The translations under genes and the position numbers were made by a program. Of a stretch of DNA of 64,000 nt, positions 40,548 to 58,506 are shown piece by piece. Numbering within the stretch: the first letter of the stretch is position 1; each line of letters begins with the position of its first letter. This DNA comes from Lingula anatina (taxonomy: Eukaryota > Animalia > Brachiopoda): contig CM120649.1 in NCBI GenBank assembly GCA_051362555.1, positions 4,898,001-4,962,000 of the forward strand, read 5' to 3'. The notes beneath the pieces are model-generated. The model made no database searches and had not been told where the DNA came from. It was given only the letters and a program-made list of their open reading frames with translations.

Positions 40548-42310
40548 TCATTTCAAAAGAGGTCCGCAAAAGTGCACATGTTTGCTATCCGGATCTTCAC
40601 TGAATATAAAATCTAGATAGGCCGTCAGGAACTGCTCCCTACTTACATGCCCATCGTTATTCGTGTCTAAGGTTTTGAAGACCTCCGGAGAAAACTCCGT
40701 CGGGATGTTGTAGCCATAGAAAAAGGCAGCGTGCTCCTCTTGCGATATTTCCCCATCGTTGTTGAGGTCAATACCATCAAAGTGAATGCTGAATGTCTCA
40801 AAGAAGCTCTGACGTAATGTTGAGTTGACAGCCAACAGAAAGCGACGTTTTCCTTCCACATCCGGGATCTTGACAGTGTCCGAGTTGTCAGGGTCACCGC
40901 TGACGTAATACTTCCAAATATGCATGCGGTTGTCCATCAGTTTTTTGGCTTGTTCGTCTGCAAAAAAAAAAAAAAAAAAAAAAATTAAAATAAAAATTGA
41001 AAGAGAGGGAATGTACCGAAGATATTTATGTAAAAAATATATCAAAGAAATACATTATATAATCCAGTTCAGCAAACTGCATGTCAACACCATTGTCAAA
41101 TAAGTCGCACTTCATTTTTAAACCGAATACGCCACGTGCATGTGACTTATTTAGTTATCCATACTGGTATCTATTCTTGCAATTATAATTTATTTATTAA
41201 TTCATTCACTTAACATCTATTCATTCAGTGAAATTATTTTACATCATTAAAACATGTTTATATTTATTTATTAATTTGGTCACATTTATCATTTTACTTT
41301 TTTCCCATTATAATTACTTTAATATCGATTACCGTTAAGTTTCATAAATTCAGTGATCCGCCTGGCCTGCTGTTCAAAGTCACCCTTGCTCAGGTAGCCG
41401 TCGCGGTCGACATCTTGTCTGAAGAACCAAGTTCTCATTTTCTCCATCCATATTGGTGAACCCTTCACCTCCGGGTATTTAAACGGAAGCTGGAAATACA
41501 CCAATAATTGTGTACAAACAATATCCATATTGGCAATCCCGTCACTTCCGGGTATTTATACGGAAGCTGGAAATACATCAAAAATATATTTAACAGCTTT
41601 GTGCTTGAAATGACCCATGAAGATTTATTTGTCAATATCTATCGAAAAAATTAAGAGATATTTACCAGCCAAAAATTCGTCTGCTGACAGTCAGACCATC
41701 AAGGCCCTCATTTCCGTAATGAAGTCTGACTGTCAGCAAATGAAACCTTATTAGTCACAACGAAAATAGTGTACAAACAGTAATAAATTAAGCAGGAGGG
41801 GGCATGTGTCCCCCTTTTGCTCCTGGGGTATTGCTTTTCTCTTCTTATAGAAATACGGGCACCATGATAAAAAATTATGAATAACAGGCCCGTAGCCGGG
41901 GGGGGGGGGGGGGGGGGGGGAGGGGGAGGGGGGTTCGGGGGGTTCGGAAAAAACCCTTTTTGCCAGGAAAAGGTCCCCTCCGGGTAAAATTTTATGTAGG
42001 TACATGAAGGTTTCATGGTAAAAGGTCCACTTTTTCAGAAAAAGAACCACCCTTTTGAAATTTCTGGCTACGAGCCTGAATAACAATAACTAGATCCCAT
42101 GCTCTGAGAAGATACTTCTAACAGGCCCAAAATAAAAGAGACATTACACCCGGGATTTACCACGAACGGGTGAGCATTAAACCGCTCTTACAACAATATG
42201 CTAATTCCCACAGATTTAGACTTAGAAGAAGCTGAACGAATATCGTGTGATTAAATGCACATAGATCACGCGAGATTACCCTAGTTAAGAAACATTAAGC
42301 AAATTACCAT
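40548..42310 (-). CDS. Sarcoplasmic calcium-binding protein (SCP)/coelenterazine-binding-protein-like EF-hand protein, ~189 aa
   Basis: Firm exons 41333-41489 and 40548-40957 (phase 1). Candidate ATG-only exon 42308-42310 (ATG|gtaatt) is uncertain. Translation: LPFKYPEVKGSPIWMEKMRTWFFRQDVDRDGYLSKGDFEQQARR...DLNNDGEISQEE...DTNNDGHVSREQFLTAYLDFIFSEDPDSKHVHFCGPLLK*. EF-hands I, III and IV present, II degenerate; W..KM.T N-terminus and F.GPL C-terminus are typical of the SCP family. Confidence 0.9.
41885..42078. mobile_element. MITE family A, copy 2
   Basis: caggcccgtagcc ... ctggctacgagcctg flanked by aataa on both sides (5-bp TSD). Confidence 0.88.
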
Positions 42311-45300
42311 GTTTTATCCATCAGTTACACTCTAGGAACATAGTTACTTTTATTCACCTCGCCCAACAAGGCTTCAAACGACTGTGCGAATATAGAATAA
42401 CTACTTCAATTATTTGCGAAGCACAATATATCTCAAAATTATCTAAATAGTCAACTAATTCCAACTGAGAGAACAGTTGTTTTCAGTAGTGAAAGCACAG
42501 AGGGGAGAAGGGAATAATGATAACAACAACAACAATAATATTTTTATATAATTAAATAAATGAAATCTTAAATAAATATTAAGAGCGCGGGCGGCAAGTG
42601 ATTATTTCACATACACCATTATTTCATAATGCTAGCACAGTTCTTATTCACAGCAGCTGTTTATATCATCTAGCGTGACGTTCCTGGGTGCATTCGAAGT
42701 TTTCCTGGGTCATTAAACACGATTTATCAAGAGCTATGCAGTTCAACTCTCAATGTGAAATTTTCTTAGTCAAAGAAATATGAATTGCCGACTTCTGTTT
42801 AGTAAAACGCATACATCTTGAAGTTTTTCTCTTCTTTTGTTCGTTAAAATTTCTTACATCTAAAGACAACATCATCAATATTTTTAGGATAAATAATAAA
42901 ACGAGTATGGAAATGTTTTATACCATTCACAATTAGTTGATTTTAGGACTCACCTGGAGCTTTCGTGAACTATTATTATAATTATTATTACATGTATTAT
43001 TATTATTACTATTATTATTATTATTACAGCTCAGCTAATTTCAGCCGGACTAGTGACATTTTCAGGGCAAACAACCACAGAATCATTTCCTAAAATCACC
43101 TTCAGATAAAATCCCAGACATATGAAATCCTTGGACAGATGTTCGTAACGTTGAAATAGATCCTAGGTATAATGTCTGCTAATATGATCAGTATGGACCA
43201 ACACCTGGCCACTGTTCGTGATAGGAAGTGACCACCCTCCAGCAGCCGGTTAATTTAAACCAGCTGGGGCCAGTTTCAAATATGCATTAGACCAAAAGTC
43301 GGGCTATAAGGGATAACAAGTCTTCATATGAGATTCAAAATTCCATAATAAATACATTTAACCAACATATAGAAATATTATAAATTTCACGTTACTACCT
43401 AAATGGCGGTAAACGTGATCATTCTGAAACCTGTGCTTGCTATCGAACCAAGTGGACCTCCATAACAATCTCTTAAGAGATTATTACAAAAAAAAGTTAA
43501 AATGTGTGATAAGGGCTCTGTTCTAATATTCTGCCGGTACAGAAATAAATAAAACATAAAAAGTCTTATTCCTGAATATAAAATACTTATTCCCCTACTT
43601 TCACGTTGAACGGGGTTAGACATTTGGCCATAAGCTCCTTTCCCTTCAGGAAGCCTTATTTACAATTGTCTAGAATAACAGACGGACGACATTTATGAAA
43701 TGGTAATACATGTACTTGGTACCATTAAAAAAAGGCAGTAAATTAATTACAATACTCTCCAACGTTGAATTTCGTCCTTCCCAATTTGCAGTGTATGTTT
43801 CTGGAACAGTCATACGATATCAATAAGTGATGGGTTGATAATCGATATCAGTTGTGATAACCAGTACATATTGGCAGAATATAGCTGTAGCAAAACATGT
43901 GCGATGTGGGTCAACAGCTGACCGCTGTCCGTAAACACCAGTGACCTCCGCACAGCAGGTCAAGTGAACAGACCATATATAAAACGCCCTTCTGTTAATA
44001 ATGCAGACGACCATTGGTTCTATTTCACTGCGTCAGTTCTGCACTAGGCTGACCTGACGCATATAATCTTGACTTTTTATCGATACTGTCATACTTGGAG
44101 TTATGAAAATGGGGATATATAACAGATACACTTCATATACAGATCGCAGATGTTAAAAAACTCTAGCTATATTTCAAGGGTGTTGCGAGTATGTTTATAT
44201 TGTGGTAACTTACAGCGGCTTAAAATGCACATTTAAGTCAGTCTTATTTCGTTTCTGTTTCAACCGGAGGTTATGTTATTTTTGTTTTAAAACGTTTACT
44301 AACCCATAAGCAATGACAGAATATACCTTTGCTATTATACATCATGTAAAATGTATGAAGTCCAATATGCGCACATTTAAAAATGTAACGTCAATATGAA
44401 ACAATGGACAGGGCGCGCAAAGTTCACCCAATCGGCGGAGTATCACAATACTCGGTGTTTGAATGCCAGTAAACATATACGGTTCGCACTACAACGGACT
44501 TTGTTTTCCAAAATGAAATGTGCACAAGCATTTTAAAGTACAACAAGTTATATGAAAAGGTCATTTAAACAAGGTCAGAGTCAGCCATGCGTACTGAATT
44601 CTTAGTCGTAAATTATATTCATGACATGAAGGACTGACACCATGTGTAGGACATATCCATTTGTTTTCTTGATGTAGTTCTTTTACAACTTCATCGTATG
44701 TTAATCATCTGTAATGCAATTTAAGAAAACGGGCCCACTTTGGGCTACGTGTACGTGTATTTGTCCTAAAGGCCAACTGTTTCACAAATATAGGCATTTA
44801 CTGGCCGCAAATCTGATAGATGCACGTTCAGTCATTAACCAAACGAATAATTATTTATTTCAATATATTATTATTATTATTATTATTTGACGATGACACT
44901 AACATGTATGAACTGGTGCTTTCAGTATGACAAAATGAGGGATTTTTGATGCAACCCCTGCTCCACCCCCCCCTCAAACCCCCTTCACCTCTAGGTGAGC
45001 TCCCCCCTTCACTCCGCGTTTTCTACTCCCCCCCCCCCCCACCCTTTCCGCCTTTGCTTACAAAATCACGTTTTTAAACTTAATTAACTTTTCACAGACC
45101 TGTAAACTGGGTACAGGATTACGGTACAATGCATCTTTGAACCTAAGCCTGTGTCATTTCCTTTCCTTTTTATTAAGACTGAGGAAAGATTTAAATCCTC
45201 CATTTTGTTTTGAAAGGGGGACCACCCCACAACCCGGTGACTACCTCCTCCTTGTAATCAACATGTATTAAAGTAACATAATAAATAATACTCTCTAAAG

Positions 45301-46374
45301 AAGACGGTTTCGAATATATATGTATATACTCAAAATATATAATCTTTCTTGTCGTGACCATATCTTAGATAACAAAGCACTTAAACGAAATCAAGCCAAG
45401 GGACTATATTTAAAGTGCTGATAAATTAAGACACAAGTCAGTTACTATCTACCTCGTGGAGTCGCTCGGCCTCCGTGCTAAACGGCTGAACCAGTCTCAG
45501 GTGCGGTCGAAGCTGCGTAATCCGCAAAAGTCGAGACATTTTTGACTGTCAAAAGTTCGTTCAAGTCCAGTCCCCGGTCGAAGCAAATAGGTCAAGGTTA
45601 TGGAGGCGTGGTGAAATTGACCAATGAAAATCACCCCTGTAAATAAGACTCTTTGTCTTTTTCAGCGATGACCTAGTTAGATGAATACCAGCTGTTGTTT
45701 TATTGCACGTGCGACCTTGAATAAATAACAGCGACCTAATGCGTTGCGCCGTGAGGTTTATTTGAGTTCAATAGCTGCTACTGACGGGCTAAAAAGAGCC
45801 TCCTTAGTGCGAAGTATCGAAATCGCTACACCGCCATCTTTTTGTATTGACGTGGCTCGCCATTGTGCAAGGCGCACTTGTTGCTACCCAAAGGAGAGGG
45901 TTATGTAACACATCGCTGCGTTAACAGGCTGACTTTTCAACGGTCAAGAGTGCGTTGTGCCGTCTCACCAAGCACAATCGATGAGAGCGGTTGTTACAAT
46001 TACGTTAGATAGATTTATTTTGCAATAAAACGTTAATAAGAAATATTATATGAATAAATATCATGATATATTAATGTTTTAACCACAGCCCATTTAACAT
46101 TGAGCGGTATACTGTCTGCATGCCAGTGAACCCTGAGAGATAGACAAAAAATAATCTGGCAATAACGTAAACTACTCATCCTTAGTAGGCCTACACGTAC
46201 ATGTAGAACCCTCGCGCTCACCGCGACCAATTAATTTTAAGTTAAAACTTAATTATCATTATTTGTAAAAATAGGAGTCGAGAGCCGCATACACACCTAC
46301 CCGTTTATACGCCCTATATATAATTGAAATTTCAGACAAACATCTCTTTGTAAACTTTTCTAAAAACTTAGAAC

Positions 46375-46600
46375 AAGATCTCCCCCCCCCCTTCGATTTC
46401 TGAAAAGAAAAAAAAAACACTTACGGGATCCCCATTTGAAATTAGAATTTTGACTAGCTGAAACATAGTTGTAAACCTTACCAAATGACACCGTTCACCC
46501 TCTAAATAACCAATACACTTCAGCGGGCCTCGAACCCCACGCCAATGGGGAGGGGGGGGGGGGGTTGTTGGCTTCGCATCCGCGGACTCCCCCTTCAAAA
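46375..46600. mobile_element. MITE family B, truncated copy 2
   Basis: Shares ccccttcgatttctg...gaaattagaa..ttgactagct...accaaatg.caccgttc.ccctctaaa...cgaaccccac with 48451-48748. Confidence 0.7.
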
Positions 46601-47117
46601 ATACAGTGTTTACCCAATTTTTGGTCCTTAACAAGTTTAGTAATAACAAACTCCCTGAGCACATTACACTGGTTTATTTGACTGCCAAATTCACTGGTTT
46701 GATAAGATTCCACAAGTTTGAAGAAAGGTCTGTGGCTGGAACAGATATTATGTGAGCACGGTCAGTTTGATGAAGTGAAAAAGGCACTCTTTTTAAGTGA
46801 TTTTGTTGAAAAAATATTCTCTCAAATCATTGCAGTACAAATCTTGCAGTAGAAACACTTAATGGTTATAACATTACACATTTCTAACATATTGTAGAAT
46901 CGCTTGCCGTATGTCCTTTGGTTTTATTCATCTTAAATATGAATATTATGAACTTTATTTTGAATGCAAAAAAGAAGTATCCAATTTCAGACCAGACTTG
47001 CCTTTGGAACGTTAAAAATGAAAGGTTTAGCATTACTATAATATTTCATTTCCACTTTTAAAACGTTTTCATTGGCAGGTGATGAAATAAAGTTTCATCA
47101 CTGCAAGAAGCTGAAAT

Positions 47118-50049
<2,932 letters not shown>

Positions 50050-50097
50050 TTTGTAGATCTACTGAATAAGCAACAAAACGTAAATATCATGAAACCC

Positions 50098-50151
<54 letters not shown>

Positions 50152-52387
50152 TCTAGCGCATTCCATTTTCTTGCATTTCATTGCACTTTACAATCATAAA
50201 ATAAAAATGCCCAACTGCTGTAATATAACAAACAGAGCACCATGCCAAGGTGACCCTGAACAGGATCTAAACAACTTAATATACTATTTAATATACTACT
50301 AATTGCGTCATTAGTAAAACCGCGTAATGACATCTACCTCTGCCAATATCTGTATATTTAATTGACTCGCGCGACAATGTTATTTTACCGGTAAGTATAG
50401 GCCCTAACACCCCGAATTATGCACGCGGTCTCCGCAAGGTGTCGCCTGTAGAGGTGGGGCAGCACAAGCACAGGCTTCAAACAACTGCGCATGCGCGAAA
50501 TGCGCGCTGTTTGAAATAAACAAGTTGGTGACAAAGCCCGCCGGTGTTTACCGTCTGGTTGATTTTATTTGATTTGCTCCCTGGTGCCTTTTTGAAAATT
50601 TATATTAGAAATGTTCTATTGATTTTATGTTTCAAAAAGTAAATCCATCAGAATTCCTTAGAATAACATTTATTTTACCTTCATTACAAGGGGATTCCCA
50701 TTGTATTTATAGTGTTATATGTGACCCCAATGGGGATTTTTCACCCCCCCCCCCCCCCCCCCCCCCCCCACTCTTGATAAATAAAATGCTCCATGGGGCA
50801 GATTGAAAATGATATTGCAAAATGCATTTAAAATCGTAGGGGCAGATAATGCTGCTAGAACATTCTTGTGCGAGGGCGAACTCGGCCAATATAAAAATTT
50901 TAACTTCGTCTACCGGTTTTGGAGCGCCTGTTCCAATTTTTGAAAGCGAGGCAATGGAACCAAACAATACGATACAATTTGTAATCTCGTAAAAATTGCT
51001 ATTTTTTAATAAAGATCATAGCATGGAGTACATCAAAATGCGACTCGTTTATTATTATGATCTTTAATGATAATTAATATAAAATATTCGATATAATAAG
51101 TTCTTGTTCTCGGCCTATTTGTTAGCTTAATTGATTTTTTTTCAGTATTTGGAGATTAAAAGCACAAAAGTTGGCTGGTTTCATATCGAGGCACCACGTA
51201 TTGTTCGCGTGCTGGCAGCACAGTGGCACGGCTCACACAGTTAACAGTGGCGAAAGTGTCAGGTACTTTAAACATTTTCTATAACAGTTATTATTATTCA
51301 TTTTTTTTTTTGTATGAAATTGACATTTAGCTCAATGGTAAATAAGCATTGTGTTTGTGGTGACTCAAAGAATGCTGACAGGCCGCATATGGCAGTTTTT
51401 ATTGTACCATTTCTCAAGCCGAAAACAAATCGAGAAATGACATACAGTCCATAAATTTGCTTTTAACACCAGTAATGGTCCGCCTTAAGTCAAGAATCTG
51501 AACAAGACATCACTCTGCGGGTAAGCTCAACTTTCTATCGGCGTTTTTGTGATTTTATGAACAAGGTCGTTCAGCTCTTTACGGTAAGTTTTGTCAAACC
51601 CAAGAACATATAGCAGAACAAGGTAAAAGAGCATCGTTTTCTATAGCATGCTAAAGACTCATAACTTTAATGTGTCCACCCAATATGCAGTATTTGATAC
51701 GCACGTTAGTAGTTATTTAGTATTTATATAGTTATAAATACAGGGATTTAACAAGGGAATGGATGTTTTTGAAAAGAATGTCAAAAGAAGCACTAGTACT
51801 AGTAATACCTATATATATTATGAAACCTGAAGATACCCACTTCTGTGAGGTAGAAAGCTAAGACTTTTCAAATATTGGTTGAAAATCTGCTCCTCAAAAA
51901 ACTTTATTATAAAAACGTGCTATTAAGATCCCCTTAACAATAATTTTGATTGCCATGGAAACCATCGATTGGTTTTGAAATGATTAACTATTACTGGATC
52001 TCTCCACAAAAATAACCATCCGAGTCAAGGCAGTGACGCACATAATTTGTGAAATAAATCCTGTTATCAGTACTTATGTGAAGTGCTATATAGAAAAATG
52101 ATTTAAATTCTTTTCACTGCCAAGGTGGTTTTCCCCTTTATAAAGTCATTCATATTAAAATGTATGTCATTACGCAACATATATATATCGTTAATATCGA
52201 AACCAACCAATACCCTCCTTGTCCCTTTTGGGGCCTGATATAAACATATAATCACTTTGGAGTGCTAAAATTCAACTTTATTTGATTAGATTACCGGGGT
52301 AACTAGCTTCTTTACTTTGGACCATGAAATATCAGAAACAAGGAATTTTATACTGGTTCCCAGTTCATTGCCAACACTTTTCGTCTT

Positions 52388-55726
<3,339 letters not shown>

Positions 55727-58262
55727 TATTTCTCCTTCGAAATTCTGTAACAGTATTAGTAAAGGATGTACATGTAGTGCAAAGATAAGATGCCCGACCA
55801 CATCTGGGGCATTCGCAGCGTTGCAAAAGTAAGTCGCATTCACACAAGGCGTGCTAGTTCCGAGACGGTCCGGTTGGTGCTGTCATATTACGGAATTTAA
55901 TGCACGACAGTAAGGGACCAGTTTTTTTATTGAAATATAAACTCCGAATTACAGAAAATAGTTATATTTGCGTTAAGGATAGCACAAACTTTTACTTTTA
56001 CACCAAATATTGTTTGGTCATAAATTTCTTTTGGGTTTGCTATCCCGAGTCGATTTGGTTAAAATAATTACTGTGGACGCACATTTGAAGGATACCAAGG
56101 ACAGGTGTTCCAGTAGATAAACCATAGCTACTTAATATACTATTACAAATCGTTCGTGTTTTCCTTTGCGAACTATACAAGTACAACCTTTAACTATAGA
56201 TTAAAAAAAAAAAAAACTGACCCGGACATTTATCCTTATAATCGCCAACTTATACGCTTACCCAAATCCTTTCAGGAAATTACGATATATAAACCAGTCA
56301 TTGGGATTTAAATGTCTGATTTAAGTACTGTGGGGTCAAAATCGCCAATTTCTATTTCCATAAGGAGTGTGTCAAAAACAAAAAAATGATAATAAAAAGG
56401 GGTTTATTATCATACTTTTGAGAACACCTTCAGAACAAAAACACACCTAACTCTGTGACTTTCAAAGAGGTTTTTTTCTTGCTTCATAAAGATCCAACGA
56501 GTTTTGTCCGTTCTACAGTTACCATGCTATCATGAAAACAATGTTGAATGTTATTACTAATTTAGAGGAGGAGCGGTTTGCAGTCTAAAGGCTTGTTCTA
56601 CATAAGCCGATATGACAGTGGTGACGAAATACTGTGTTAGTCGAGATTGCTTTATAGTGCTACCGGTAGATGTCTCTATCAGTAAAATATAGTCCGGTGT
56701 GCATGTTTGAATCTCTTCCTGTAACGTTGCATGATCTATTCGAATTTGTTAATTGTGAGTAAAATTTTTCACTGTATAACTTACTATGATTTGCGAACGT
56801 GTACATAACTGAACAAGTACATAAGAGGGATACTCGAAAGAAATCGTTGTTTTCTCCTTCTTCTCTTTAATTTTCTAATAACAGCTTGGGAAGCTCTACA
56901 GTAAGTGTTGGCGTTACTGTGAGTTAATCTGTATTAGGCACTTAGCCAGAGCCGTGCCATGCAGAAATATATGTATGTTCCTGTTACAGTGCAAAAAATT
57001 GATATGCAATAATATCGAGCAGTGAACATGATGAAAAACATTTTTTTTCAATTTCTGTCGTTTTTATAGTTGTTAGCAAGCAAGAAAGGTAAGCATGATA
57101 AGTTACTGGGCTTACCTCCGTGGGTTCGCGCTAGTAGGCAAAGGCACATTCTCGCAAAATCTCTTTTGCTCAAACAACAAAGGCAAACACCGTAGCACAA
57201 GTACCCCCCTCTTTACTTAAAGATTGGAAGGTAAGGCACCAAATATCTGATCTACCAGAACTATAAGTATGCAAAACGGATAACCTTTTTAATGAGGAAA
57301 TTATCTCCCTTTGTCTATTATCTTTATTTATCCATTAAATCCTATCCTCTGTCCAAACTATTCAAGGTAATTTACCGGTGAGTTTCAGTTTGTAACGTAA
57401 AGAAAACCAATATTAATCTAAAAGCAGGGTCCCCGTGTTTAGTAAGATAATAAATCGTGTGTCAAACTGTGAGGTTTCCCTCATTGCAAGGCGGCGTAAA
57501 TGCTAGCAATCAAAGCAATTTATTTAGAGAAAAATAAAACATTTATAAATTCATAAAACTAATAGTCAGTTGTGATGTTTGTTCTTATTATTGTATTATT
57601 ATATGACTGTGAACTACATATCAGAAAAATTATAACATTGCAAATATAAAAAAGGATGTAGTATTGATGAAATTAAGCAAAAACATAATATATCTGTCAA
57701 TCTATTATACCTATATTTCAAATTATTTATAACGACAACAACAACAACAACAACAATAATATCAATTGCCCATATATTGTTCATACAGTAAAAGTATAAA
57801 ATGCTAATTAATATGATCTGTCGATAAAATTAAATTTAATCAATTGTGTTTAGTAAAATTACGTGTTGCTAAGCCTAATGGGTAAAACTTTATATATCAT
57901 TTTTTGTGTAAAGTATGCATCACATATGTTTCATCACAAAAGTTATGAGAATAGACATCTTAGTAGGACGTGCATTTCTACACGTAGGACTTGCATTACT
58001 TGGAAATGTTTTCGTCCTATGGGCATTGAATCCCAGTCATGTATGCCCTAACAGCAGAACTATAATTTCTAGCAATGCATGACTTCATGTTTGTATTCCC
58101 AGGACAAGTAGTACCAATCAAATAAACACTTTTAACAAAAAACGCAGAAAAAATAACACATATTCAATGTGAAGACTGTATATATCTTTCAGATTGTTAT
58201 TCTTATTACTATAAAGAAAACATTAGCCATTTTATTTTAAATGTCTCCTTATTAAATATAAT

Positions 58263-58465
58263 TTAGGGAATGGACGTATCAAATGTTGATGGCTCCGTAT
58301 CTGTTGTGATTTTTGCACTGCCATGGTAACAACATCGATCCTGAAGCTTGCGTACCCATGGTAACAATAGAATGCTCCCGCCGGCAAGGAACACTAATGA
58401 GCCAGTGATATAAAACGTTACATCATAAGACCCGGTTAAATCGTACAAACTGCCTAAAATAAAAC

Positions 58466-58506
<41 letters not shown>

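Noticed and set aside
42609-42960. Other first-exon candidates for the EF-hand gene (donors at ~42613 and ~42953; TATA at ~42660)
   Set aside because: Neither gives an in-frame ATG with a strong phase-0 donor; they may be UTR exons but cannot be resolved without transcripts.
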